The notes beneath the pieces were generated by a model. It was not told the origin of the DNA and ran no database searches. It was given only the letters and a program-made list of their open reading frames with translations. A stretch of DNA of 64,000 nucleotides from NCBI RefSeq assembly GCF_006345805.1, contig NC_042998.1, positions 171,306,001 through 171,370,000 on the forward strand. Reading direction: 5' to 3'. Shown piece by piece: positions 11,626 through 24,662 of the stretch (the stretch's first letter is position 1; each line of letters begins with the position of its first letter). This DNA is from Octopus sinensis (Eukaryota). The position numbers were made by a program, and so were the translations under genes.

Positions 11626-12624
11626 TATCTCCAAGGTAGAATAGTACGGGTTCTCTCCCCTCTTGCAATATATATCGAGTGCTAAGTTCACTGAATAACC
11701 AGAGGGAGAAGGCGTCCTCCTGGGTTAAAATAGTAGTATCGTCTGTTCTTATAGAACACACACCGTCTATTGCAAGCTGAGCCTATCTGAGTTTTGCCTG
11801 CCCGTGTTGGCTGTCTACAGGCCGCCTCTAGCCGACCCCCAGGACGATGCTCATCTACTCGAGGCTCAAATACTGCACGTAATTTAATTTAGAGCTCTAA
11901 AGTGTCCGACATCTTCAGTGTCATTTTATCACAAAGATAACCATGTGGCAGCATGGCAGGAAATTTTCTAGACAACTAAATAAACTTCGTATGCAAATAG
12001 TGAGACAAAGAAGAATTTTAAAGCGTTAAATGGCAGTCATGTTAGGTGTCATGTTAGGTTTTGTGTTTCTATTAAGGTTGTTAAAAGTAATGTGGTGAAA
12101 GCGAATGAGAACCGTTACTAGTGATGTAAAGAGACATCAGTAGGTACACGAAAAGATCAGTTAAAATAAGCTACTAGCTAAAATCATTGACATAGATCAA
12201 TCAATCATCGTTAATTTACAACACAAAAAACGATATTAGAACAGACGATTGGTAATATCAGACTATCAGGGTAATATTTCACTTTTATTTCCATCTGTTG
12301 ATCGAAAGAGGATAAATTGTAGCCTCCAGACAGCAATTGCTGAAGGTTTTAGTTGAAAGAGGTGGTGTTGCAAGTTAATAAACAGAAATGGAAACGATAT
12401 TTGACAGAAATGATATAAAGGTTTAAGAATTTATATGCTGGGGTGTTTGATAAAAAAAAAGGGAAAAACTTTCGACTATCATTTCAGTTTGTATGACGAC
12501 ATCGTGCAAACATTGAGATTAGATATTAGCAGCAAAAATAACATCAATGAGCACAAGATGTCATGCATATGAACGACGGTGACGATAAAATTATAATTCT
12601 GTTCCTCTCATATTTGGTTGTTAA

Positions 12625-13681
12625 GTTATTCCTATCAAGGCATTTGACTCGGTTGACAGGGATGTGCTCTGGAAGATCCTGGAGATGAGAGGTACACCAC
12701 CCCGACTGGTTGAGCTTATGACGGCCTTGTATACTGGAACAGTGAGCACAGTTCGGTTTGGGGCTCAAACATCTGACATTTCTTTCTGGTTAGATCTGGG
12801 GTCCTTAAGGATTGTGTTTTGGCTCCCACTCTGCTCAATGTCTGCATAGACTGGAAAGCTAGCCGGATGGCTCGATCGAGTTGTGGAGCGCTCATTGGTG
12901 AAACTAGAGTTACTGATCTAGATCTTGCTGATGATGCTGTTATTCTTGCAAAGTCTCTGGATGTCTCAAGATGTGCTCTCCTTTTACCAAGTGAGGTAGA
13001 GGAACTACTTGGCCTTAGAGTTTCTTGAATCAAGACAAAGCTAGTCTTTTATTGGCTTCATGGTGGACTCCAGCTTGTCTGCCTCTGTTGCGGGTGTGAA
13101 TGTCAAAGTTGTTTAGCTCGGCAGTATGATCCATACCAGCATTTTCTGAGTCTGAAGTCTTAAAAAGATTAGGACCTGCTAGTATAGGTGGGAAATCACT
13201 GGACAGGAGTGTTTGGCTCTGCCAATATCTGAGCAGAAGGACAAATGTTCGGATCTCTGATTTTCCCTAGCTTGCTCTACTGTCCGAAGCTTTAGGAGCC
13301 ATCTGAACTCCTTTGGTACCAGGACGGTTCACAGGATTATGGGTTACCATTAGTACGATTTCGTATCCAACCAACGACTCTACCCCAGAAACTTGGCTGC
13401 GTCCTGTTACTTGTATGATTCGGCAGCATCAGCTCAGACTGTTTGATCATGTTGCTCGATTTTTTCGAATTGGATCCTCCTCTCTGAGGATTTGGCTGGA
13501 GTGACGGCTCGAGTTGATCGGCCACATACCACATTGTCATGGTGGATAAATTAGTATCTCCTGGAGATGAGGACTGACTGGGATATCGTTGGGAGGGTTG
13601 CCCGGGACGATCCTAGCAAATACTGATAAATGGTAGATGCAGTAATGCGCTGCAACGGCGCATGCTCCCATACATGACCTG
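12625..13681 (+). mobile_element. RTE-clade LINE, 5'-truncated and degraded
   Basis: KAFDSVDR..LWKILEMRG, GCVLAPTLLN, DLDLADDAVILA, RQHQLRLFDHVAR. Frameshifted. Confidence 0.85.
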
Positions 13682-14239
13682 AATTTATTCCTACAAAAAT
13701 ATTTATGAGTGTAGGTCATTATATACCATTCCTGTTGTTTTATTTCCAATTAGTGCGCTAAATTTATCAATTTCAATGATATTCCTTCTTTTGGCTAACA
13801 TTTCAGATCATTTGTACTTTCTTACCATATCTAATTATTATATTCTATCATGGTATTTTCTTATACTATCTATAATGCAAACGAAAACAATTTCCCTATA
13901 ATATAAATTACATTTATTATCTCTAATTTATTATTACAAAAGCCCAGCGGTGTTAATTTATTGAATATTCTATTGTTTAAAAATTACGATATTTTGGCAT
14001 ATATATAAAACAAGAGTAATTCAAAACCCACAAAGGAATCGGAAACCTGTCTGAAATTAACTATAGATGTCATTGTAGAAATATGGAAATTAATATTTCG
14101 AAAAGAATGTGAGAAAAAAAGATCAAACTTTGAAGTTAAATAGCGATGTTTTGAAAAAATAGCTGGGGGGGGGGGCGACAACAGGCAAAAGATCGAAATT
14201 AAGTGGGGAAAGGAGCGAAAGAATTGTGCATCAGAAATC

Positions 14240-15410
14240 ACACAAGTTGTGGTCTCATCTGAAGGAAGGGTGAGGATATTCTGGAAAGATGTGGGAGGTA
14301 GCAGGTTCGAGCGACTGTAGAGTTGAGAGGTAGAGTATCGGGATGGAAGTGAGCGGGGAACGAAAGGCTTGAGGGTAGAAATAGTGTGAAGTTATGGCGC
14401 GAGGAAGAACGGTGTCCACGGCTGGTTGGGGGATAACTTTACTAGATGTTGACTATTTGCTGGATACCTGACTTCAAAACTCATGTTTTGGTTATACGAG
14501 GTGAGTCACGGTGCTTCTACTGCATTGACTGGGCTTTGGTCTCTGGATCATAATGATGGACCCAGGTTTCCTCCTGTGTAATCAGTCTTTTGAAAAATTT
14601 TGACTCATCTTCTTGGCACATCTCCAAATTCATCCTCGAGCACTCGACGCGTTCTTGCTTCTGGAAAGGTGTGAGCAACCTGGGAATCCATCTGGCAGAC
14701 ACCTTTTGCATATGCAAATGGTCATGAATGATAGTTTCCACAGACCCGGTACTAATCTTGACCTCATGGGCTATTTGGCGAATAGTTATGCGTCGATCTT
14801 CCAAAATGGCAGCTAAATTTCAGCTAGATCAAACAACTGCAAGTGGGTCAGGGGCATTACTTATTGAACGTCCCTCGTAGAGGCAGTGGAGGTTGATTTA
14901 GTGTGACTGAAGTGGGATGATGCAAATTCAAGGCAGGCATGATAATCGAAAGGTTTATAAAATATGGTGATGGGGAAGTTGGAGATAAATTGAAGTAGAT
15001 ATCTAAGAAGTTTATTGAGTCGTCGGAGATGTGAATGTAAAGCAGCAGGGTGGGAGGAGTTGGAGTAAACGAAGGCGGTTAGCTGTTTGTGAGGGAGAAA
15101 AGTGGCACTGATACAGCCATCGATGTAACAGTCATATAGCTTTGGGATGGGACCAGGGAACTGGGCGATATTTGGGGCTCAGAGTAACCAACAAACAAAT
15201 TAGTGTGGTTGGAGCCCAATCTTGGTGCTTATAACCACTGCATTAATATGTTGCTAAAAATCACCGGAAAAGAAGATCAGTTGAAGGTGAGAACTAGTTC
15301 GACGACGCAAAGAATAGTTGGATGCTGGGATCGAGCGTAGAGTGATGGCCCAAGAAGAATTCGAGGGCCACAAACCTTTCATCGCGTAAGATAATTGTAT
15401 AGACAACACG
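14240..15410 (-). mobile_element. Degraded PLE reverse transcriptase and linker, interrupted by a mariner relic
   Basis: Minus-strand remnants LYT.I...ALEFFL, VELVLTFN, FPGPIPKLYDCYIDG (decayed YIDD), SHIFPEYPHPSFR. Confidence 0.75.
14497..14877 (-). mobile_element. Internally deleted mariner element
   Basis: TA at 14495-96 and 14878-79. Right end TTATTGAACGTCCCTCG. ORF EDRRITIRQIA...KVSARWIPRLLT...ITQEETWVHHYDPETK. Confidence 0.9.
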
Positions 15411-16369
15411 ACAAACCTATATTTTTCCAGTTTACTATGTCGTTTGTAATTCTAGCTGTTGCCACGTGCTGTTTGAAAAATTCAACATAATGTAAGGAAA
15501 TGCTAAATTGCCATTTCCATTTTTTGTATTTCAATTCTTAATTGTCTTCAAATTAGAGACGATTCATAAAATAACCTCTCCTTGCCTACTTCTGTTATCG
15601 TAACTTGATAATAAAAAAGACCCCGCCTCAATCTATTAGCTATTTCTTGTAGAATTATATTCCTCTAAAATATTTCTTATTTTATCAGCAGCTAATGGTG
15701 ATAACAATGATCATTTTGATGAGGATGATGGGAAGTTTTATGTGATAATGCATTCATGGCAAATGCAGTAGACTGATGTATAATCATATTTACAATTGAG
15801 CTAGTATTAGAATGCAATCACAATGAGCCTCTAGGTTTTAAGCTCGTTTCTTTAGTAAAATAACGAATTTAAAATATTCTTGAAGCAAATATATATAAAG
15901 AGATATGAATTGAAAACATATAAAAGAATTTTTAAAAAGGAAAAGCGCAAAGAAAGAGAGGCAAATTGAAGAATATGTTTAGCGGAAAAGGTTTTATGTT
16001 ACTTTTCAGTGACTAATTTACTTTATACAGCTCCATTTCTTACAAATGATTATTGATTTCATTACTAATTCTTTTGTGAAAAAAAAAACTATGTAAATAT
16101 ATCAAGATATTCACATGAATGAAACTGGATATAAGCGACACTAATAGAAAAATAGTAATTTATGAAGTGAGATCCAGTTGCAACCCGAGACAAGAAGAAG
16201 GAAACAATTTTATATTTAATATCATTGCATACTTCCTCTTGTTTTTTTATAGTTTATTCTTTTACTTCAATTCCCAATACTTAGAGTCTAACATATTTTT
16301 ATCTTCAATTTGATGCTAAGAGAAGGTTGTGTTATAGAAGTGATTAATCATCAATATCACTTCTGTTGA

Positions 16370-16640
16370 TTTACACACTGGCTGTGTTGTTACGTTATCG
16401 GACGACTTGCTCATGCTTCCTACGTTGAAATCAATAGTAACTCGACTTGCTAGAAATAGCTGTCAAATCTCTCGCATCTCACTCTAGTGTCTTAAAAAAG
16501 AAAGAGGGAGATAGAGACGTAGAGAGAAAGAGAGGGAGAAATTGGATAATATGTCCTCTAGATATATTAAAAATAACTGTATGTTCAGGGTCAGAACTCC
16601 TTTGACCATAGACTAGAGCTGATCTGGGGTTAAACAAAAC
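16370..16640 (+). mobile_element. Probable short interspersed repeat, family C
   Basis: Shares TAGAAA(T/C)A(G/A)C...AAAT and GA(T/C)CTGGG..TAA.CAA segments with 35630-35812. Confidence 0.45.
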
Positions 16641-16944
16641 ATCCCCCTATATCTGTGGATGGAATACATTATTCCAACTGTTTCCTTTTACAGAACTTCC
16701 AGGAATAGGTGTAAGAATTTCTGAGAAAGTTACTTGCAATCGTCTAATCTCATGTCCAGTTGAAGATTCGTTTGCTGTCTGCTAAAAATCATTGATATCA
16801 GTGAAGTATCTATTCTAAGCTTCTTTTAACTTTTTACAATTAATACTGATTTTACTTCTCTTTGTATTTAACATACATACATACGTACGTACGTTCATAT
16901 CTATATAAGGATAAATATATAACGTCTGGATTTTCTTCATATTC

Positions 16945-16999
16945 ATACATACATACATACATACATACATACATACAACATACATACATACATACATAT

Positions 17000-17089
<90 letters not shown>

Positions 17090-17111
17090 TATATATATAT
17101 ATATATATATA
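16945..17111. repeat. (ACAT)n-(AT)n compound microsatellite
   Basis: Direct reading. Confidence 0.95.
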
Positions 17112-18003
17112 CCACGCATGCATGTATATAAACTTGCAAACACATATGATTGATAATTGCTTTATCTTGTCAGATGCTAGCCATCTCATTATTCATTGTT
17201 CAAAAGACTCTCACTTGTACCGCGCAGACATGTGACTATGTGCTTACAAGTAGTTATGTCTGCACAAGTCATGACTCCTCCATCACCACAAGACTTTTGA
17301 AAGAAGAAAAAGAACGATCAAGATGAGGTGACGATATATCTGTACATAAATGGTTCATGTAATAACATCCTTGTATGACATGTACTAATATCTCTAATAT
17401 CGATATTTAAATAACCAGTGACAAGCAAAAGTAGGATGACTAGTAGCTATTTCAACTACAGATTTCATACGCATGGGTCTTGTCCTAGACTTTTCCAATA
17501 AAAGGTTACTTAGATGTTTGAAAGTATTTGATTTTGAACTTTTCCTTCATGATTTAGCTTTTTTTAAATCATATTTTTGCTCAGAAAATTTAACTTCTGC
17601 GTATGTGTTGAATTATTTGAAGCAAAACACCGATCTGTTATTTAGCTCCGCAGAAATAATATCTCTCCTTCCCTCCATCTTTCTCTCTCTCTCGCTCGCG
17701 CACGCACATTCATGCACACAGATGTACCTTTACCAACTTGCTAACGCGAGCTTACTCAGTTGATGCTCCTTTTCTTCCCAAACATCAATTTTTAACACGG
17801 AGAAGCCCTCTCCCCTATCCAAATTCTAGGTAACATGCTCTAAATGTTAACCGGGTGTCATGAATAATAATGACGATGAAATGTTTTCTCTGATTTACTA
17901 TTTCTGTGGGATGAGTAAGCTCGGTTTGAGCTAACCGGAGCTACCAAAATTCTAATATGAACGGCATTAACATTAACTTAAATAAAAACGAATAAAAGCT
18001 TAC

Positions 18004-18597
18004 CTAGAAGTTTCAAAACGGATCCTCGTGTATTTGATATCGCTTTGCTTCGCCTGCTGTTAGCCAAGTTACTTCGTCCGCTACTGGATATCGTTGAAAT
18101 AGAAGTCAACCTTCTTTGATTATGTGACGGTCGTTGAACAGTAGCTCTGTTTACTGTGATAACAATCAATGTGTAGAGGATAATGAGCACAAACAGTGGC
18201 GTGACGAAAAAGAGGAATGTTGAGATCTTGAACATGATTGTCATACCGTCTAAAAACTCCTTGGGAATGGTGCATTGGAGAGAATCAGTGAGCGGTTCTC
18301 CAGTCTCTGGGTTGCTCACTAGGTAGCTCAATCGTGTGTACAGTGGATATGGAAGTGCTATGAGTATAGAAGTTATCCAGATACCCAATATCACCTTCAG
18401 GGTTCGGCTCAGTGTTGATACTGTATAAGCCCAGAGAGGGTGGCAGATTGCCATGTAACGTTCAACGGTGAATGCAGTAATGGTTAGAACTGAAGCATAA
18501 GATGTTACCTCTGACATCATTGATTTGAAGAAACAGTAGATGAGTCCAAATGGCCAAGGGTAAGCACTCCAAATTCCGTAAATTTCTGAAGGCAAAC
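18004..18597 (-). CDS. Internal coding exon (end of TM2 to start of TM6) of a class A neuropeptide GPCR, pyrokinin/CAPA/PRXamide/neuromedin-U receptor-like
   Basis: Uninterrupted frame (G)LPSEIY..W..YPWPFG...C, SEVTSYASVLTITAFTVERYMAICHPL (ERY variant of DRY), TM4 W, ECL2 Cys, TM5 FFVTP...LY, ending SVLKLL. Acceptor ...tttctttaatttatttcaatag| at 18598; donor |gtaagc at 18003. 594 bp, phase 1 at both ends. Confidence 0.93.
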
Positions 18598-19136
18598 CTA
18601 TTGAAATAAATTAAAGAAAAAAAAAATTACATGGTACCAAATGTTACATCATGCACACATATACAGGCGTATAGAGACGCTCATACACACACAGACACAA
18701 ACATACACATACACACATACGCGCGCGCATAGTTAGTATTTCTTGAAGTATAAGTTTATAAAGAAAGAAGTACATATATAGAGGTAAATATATCGGTATA
18801 GGATTGCAATTAATGCATAAAATGACAAATGCACATTAACCAAGGGGACCTTCAATATGGAAAGTATATAGCTAAGAACAAACCAACGTAGTTTATGTAG
18901 CGAACCAAAACTAATCTTTAATCAGTTGAAATTACTTTCTTAAGGAGAAACATCATAATTCTCTTAATATCTTTGGCTGACTTTTCAAATCAGTTTCAAT
19001 TTCAGTGATGTGCAGCTTGCTTTAATTCACAAAAAATATCATTATGATAATGACTTTCAGTATAGTAATTATTATTAATGGATTAAACAATTCCTTTTGG
19101 CTCACTACCCTATGCTTATCTGCATTTAATTTTACG

Positions 19137-19397
19137 TATGTATGTATGTATGTATGTATGTATGTATGTATGTATGTATGTATGTATGTATGTATGTATG
19201 TATGTATGTATGTATGTATGTATGTATGTATGTATGTATGCATGCATGTATGTATGTATGTATGTATGTATGTATGTATGTATGTATGTATGTATGTATG
19301 TATGTATGTATGTATGTATGTATGTATGTATGTATGTATGTATGTATGTATGTATGTATGTATGTATGTATGTATGTATGTATGTATGTATGTATGC
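19137..19397. repeat. (TATG)n tetranucleotide microsatellite
   Basis: Direct reading, ~260 bp. Confidence 0.97.
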
Positions 19398-19624
19398 TTG
19401 TTTGCGTCTGTATGAACGTGTGTATTTGTGTTTGGCCGATCTGAGAACTACTGCTAATATGTAATCTGCCACAGGTCGTGAGATGATCGGGTCGTTGGTA
19501 ACTAGACCTGAATATCCACCAGGCGTGCCTAGTGAACGAATGATTGCTTGAAACATTAGAATAAAGACAAAACTTATCAAAAAGTCGAGTGAATCCAGCA
19601 AAGTATCAACGACTGTTTAATGAT

Positions 19625-20831
19625 AGCGCTCGAAGTAGTAAACAAGCGCACCGCAATATTACTTTGGGTGTGATGAAACCTGAGTTCTTATCAGAATATT
19701 TGCCCAGGAGAGGAGTAGGTTGGGTAGATAGTTACAAATGAGGTGACTTATCTGCCCTACCTACTGTCTTATAGGTAAGTCCAGGAAGACAAAAGTTAGC
19801 ATGAGAGAAAAAGTATTGTGGCTGTCAGCTTCAAGTATTTTACGACAGATTGGATTTCTGGTAACCTCCTGAAGCTGGGAGGCGGCATCGTACTTACGAG
19901 AAAAAAATTGGAATCATTTTTTAACTGTTTTACAATTGCGTCAAAATTTTGGCCTGGAGTACCGAGTGGCCTTTGTTGTGTTTTGAACTGTTGCTTTCTC
20001 TTCATCTATCTTTTATTAAAAAAACTCTTTGTTAAACTGTTAATTTTTTTCTCTCCTTCCTTTTTGTTTGGACTTTTTTCCTCTTCTTTCTTTTTCCTTA
20101 ATTATTTTATATTTTAAGAACTGTATTTTTGGACTCTTTTTTTAAAAAAAACATGGCAAATAACAATGAAAAGTTGAAGTGGGAAATTACCCCCCCCCCA
20201 AAAAAAATGGTTAAAAGAACTTGAAAGTAAGACGGAGCCATGGCGCCGGAGTGTCACGGAGCCTCGTCGGTTGTGCCACCGGATCGGGGGGAAACATCAT
20301 TGGCGGGAATTGTGCCGTCAACGGAAAAATTAACCCCCTCGGACCCGAATGACGATGAACTGTTGGTCTTTTTTTATAAAGGCGGAGAGGTGGAAAAGGT
20401 AGTGAAAGAACACTACGAGGGAATACCTTTGGCCTTCACACAGGATCTCGAATGGCCTCCGCAGGTAGCTGTGGAGGTCATAACGTTGTGCGTGTTTCTG
20501 AAGCTGAAGGGACTAAAAGAGGAATATCGCTCGTGGCCGGGTGACGCCAACTCGGAGCTCGCCTTGATTTTAAAGGAAGCATGGGCTATGGTGGACGGAC
20601 ACAAGCGAGGATGAGGTGGAAAATTGACAAGAGGTTGAAAAGCCTCAGTGTTATAATGTGTAAGAGGTTCAGCGCCTCATTTGTAAATGGACTAGTGTCG
20701 ATTGTATATTGAATATTTTATTGTATGTTATTGCATGTTATTATTTATAATGGACTATTGAGTCCAATAATTGTAAAAACTGTCGTGAGAGGTTCAATAC
20801 CTCATTTTGTTTATTCTGTTGGAAAAAAAAA
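19625..20831 (+). mobile_element. Unclassified poly(A)-ended retroposon-like insert with a short ORF (20240-20614)
   Basis: GC-richer than its flanks. 124-aa ORF without a recognisable domain, repeated GAGG...CCTC hairpins 3' of it, A9 run at 20823-20831. Left boundary approximate. Confidence 0.35.
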
Positions 20832-23800
20832 GAACAATGTTTTAGAGAAGCAGAAAATCGGCGGGCGTTTTTTGCCTTCTCTCATCAATATCATCCTTGT
20901 TTCATCATTCATCTCATCAATATATGTCCAGTCCGCAAGCTACTCTTTGTAATGCCTTTATGGCAAATCTTAATGAAATAAAGTTTTGGGTATAGGAACT
21001 TTATTGAGCAAGAGTCTTACCGAAATTTAAGGAAACTGTGTTCTTGTGTCTTTTAAAACTATTTTGAATAAAAGGGCGAGAATACAGTTCCTTGATCATC
21101 TTGAGTCTCCGGGTTTTATCTTCAATTAAAGAAGTGAAAATATTCTCTTGCTAAGATATATCTCTTTGTTTTCCTTTTCTCTTTTCAGTCTCTGGACTGA
21201 CAGACATGCTGCGGCATCGTTGGTAACTAAAGATTTTAAAGCTCTTTGTTTTGTTGAAACTGTTTATCTTGACATGTCCCTTATGTCGTATTTGGGGAAA
21301 GTAATTTCAGATACGTGTATATATATCGAAGTTTTACTGCATTATTCAGATAAATATTATCTTGCTGGAATAATTTTAAGTGCTCTTATTGACTTTGTTT
21401 ATTCCTCAGCAGATAAAGAGCAAATAATCTGAAGTAAAAATGAAAGCTATGCAATGCGGTGCTCATACTAACTGCATTGTGATGTGTTTTTGATACTTCA
21501 TTTGACAATGTTCCTCTGTTAAATATCACTGTGAAGAAGCCCTTTACTCTGAATAGCTAAACAAATTCAAAACATGACATAAAGTATATGTATTTAACAT
21601 TATCTAAGTGCAACCCTCAAAGAGCTATTTCTGTGCAACGAACACTGTAACTTTGTTTACGTGTAACTTTTAAATTGATCTGTGGAAATGTTTTAAATGA
21701 TGAAGTTTGAGAAGTATACACTGAACAATTTTTAGCAGATAAGCTAATAGAAAATGAAATGCAGTTAGAGTCGGTCAGAATTTGTGTGATTGCTTCCAGC
21801 TAATAAGACAAAACTGGCTAAATAACTATAATCAACAATTCAGTAAACCATCAATTCTAATTTCACTTGGTAATTCACGGCACGAAATAAATTAGTAGAA
21901 TTAAAGAAGATTAGTAGAAATGGTAAATGGTAATAGGTTTTAAAACTGCGTGAAAAGACAGGTTGTAAGAAAAAAAAATATTTATATTAAATTCGGAGCA
22001 AGCTATAACCTTATGGCACAAGTTCAAAGAATATCACCAGTAGAATTTCGAATAATATTAAAAATGCAATCTTATAATATCAATTAGTTTTTAAACAGGA
22101 GGTAAGTATTCACATTAAAAACCTAATTAGAAATAAATATTCATTGAGGAAAGAAAAAGTAATATTATCCAACCATTATCATTATTTTCATTGAATTGAA
22201 AAGTAGAGGAGAAAGTTCTGGATATGTCTATTAACATGTAAAAGATGCTATAAAGTTTCCTCAGAAATTATATGATATTGGTCAGCTCAGAACGATCTAT
22301 TTATAGTTGCTGCTTCTAACAAAAGACGTACATCTATTAGACTCGACAATACGTCTATGAAGAAGTGAGAATGATCTTCCATTGATTGAAAAATAAACAT
22401 AAAGCAGTAAAAGAAAATCTTGGATAAAGAACTAGATCTTCACAAAACGTCGAAAGATTAATTCTAATTGTAGAACAATTTCAATCATTTTGCCATGTAA
22501 TTAATTTGGGTTACAGACAATTAAGATTCTACAGTTAAATTAGTAATCCAAAGAAACTTTTTAATAAAAAAATGATTAAAGATTACTTCACAGCGTAGAA
22601 GATGAAGCATACTATCACTACATCTCCGCCTCTCAGAGACTTATTGATAACATCAGATTGTGAACACAGCCAGAATATGGTGTTGAAAAATAGCAGATGA
22701 TGAGTCTTTGTCAGATATGTCTAGCACAAGATTCTAGGATCGAACAGTAAGCACACTATTAAAGTTATATGGTCTTTTGACATTTTCTTTGAAAACCTGA
22801 AAACTTTGACTAATTTGAGATTCTATTCACTGTAGTTAACGGAAAATGAATCTTATTCAACAATAAGGCTGTGAAGAGGCGAAGATCTTACATTAACAGA
22901 AAAATAAGCTCAGAAAAAAAAACAGAGCATAACAAAAACTTGGGTAAAATTATTCTTGAGTAGGAACTAAGACATTCAACCCTCCAGAACGTGGTCAGTT
23001 CATATTGATTCGCTGTCAGCAAGCCCACCAATCTTCCTACTGAATTTCTACTTTAGCTACAAACTTCTACATATCCAATATGCAACGAAACACGGTATGT
23101 TAATATATAGATAATTGTTATTTTAAAAGCAAAATTATGTTCTTATCTTCTAATTACTTATACGTTCACTTTGACATAACTGATAGAGTGTAGTCACAGG
23201 GTAAAAGAATACAATTAAAGGAACATGAAGTAACGTACTACAAAACAAAATAAGCAACCCTGCCAAAACAAAATGAAAAATGATGAAAATATTATCCACC
23301 CCTCCATATCCAAAGTTAGAAGAGTAACACATATTTGGAAAGTAAGGAGGAATAGGTGGAAAACATTACAGGGTCGGAAATCAACGAACTGGTCACAGAC
23401 AAAATGCGATTTCTAACAACAACACAAGGACAACAAAGTGTTATATAAAACGTGGAAATCTATGTCTCATTTTTAAGATTCCAGATAGGATAAAAGTCTG
23501 GATAGTTCCACTGGAAAGACTGTAATTCTGTGGAAAATGCATACAAATTGATTCAGCAAATAGAAAAGTTGACTAATCGAAGTCAGCATTTAGCAGGAAA
23601 ATAAAGAAGTACAAGTAGCTAACAGTACATTGACCATATACATCAGGAAGATTCTGAATGTAATGTTTTGACGCAGAGATTCGAGACAGCATTACAGAAC
23701 TAATGACAAAAATCTTTTAATGTCGGTTAATATGTAACTCTAAGAAAAAAGCAGTGGGCGGGTCGCAGACGGAAAACTGGAGAAATCCGTTATAGTCACG

Positions 23801-24662
23801 ATGTAAATAATAGAATCAGACTATATTACAGTGTGACAAGTTCTGAAAGTTGTTAATAATGGAAGACTTTTAGATGTTTACAGATCAAATGAATAGTTTA
23901 GTTGCTATTCACAGTAAAAAGAGAAAACATCTATAGCAGAATTAATTCCTAATAAATAAAAAGTATCGACTCGCAGCTTGATGTGATGCAGAATAGAGTG
24001 CTTCTATAGTCTGTGATTTAGATGAACATCATCCGTTCCATATCTTAAACAACTGCTGCCACACTGTCATATTATGCTATGTATATCTGTTCCTAATAAA
24101 AAAAAGCTATAGATAAAAGTTATTTCAAGGAATTGTCTACAGATCCTTCCATGATAATTCCTGACATCTGTCAGATTTACGTTGACTGCTTATTCCAAAC
24201 TTAGGTTCAGTACTAAAAATACAAGTTAATCGCTGTCAATAATCGTTACAGTTTATTGTTTATAATTTATCGATATCGATATCCCCATTAAGTAGTTTAC
24301 TATCAATATTCAGTTGCTTTAGAACTGTTAGCTGTCAGAAGAAACAGTGAAAAGATGATTAAATAACATAGAGTTTAATTTAGACCGTACGTTCTGTGTT
24401 CAAATCCGCTATGGTTGAGTGTGGTTCTTATGAATCTGGAATCTACAATAAAATCATATTGCACGATGATACTCACGATTGAAGTTTTGTGTCTGCAAGA
24501 GTAAAAATATGAGTTACATTTCTGAAGAGAAAGAACCGGGAAAAGAATTTAATATAAGATATAAGAGACGTGATATAAGGATAAGAGGACAAGAAGTGGA
24601 AGGATGAGTGGTTACACTCCGATCAATTCTTAAAGGAGTACTTCGTCAGTCTAAGGCATGTA

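Noticed and set aside
17978-18003. C-terminal ...GKLLFVFI and the 'M' start of the 205-aa ORF
   Set aside because: Read-through past the GT donor at 18003. The start is a TTG just inside the acceptor. It is an internal exon, not a complete gene.
21100-24400. Possible upstream GPCR exon or other gene in non-repetitive AT-rich sequence
   Set aside because: No TM1/TM2 motifs (GN, TNxYL, LAxSD) or convincing ORF seen on the minus strand.
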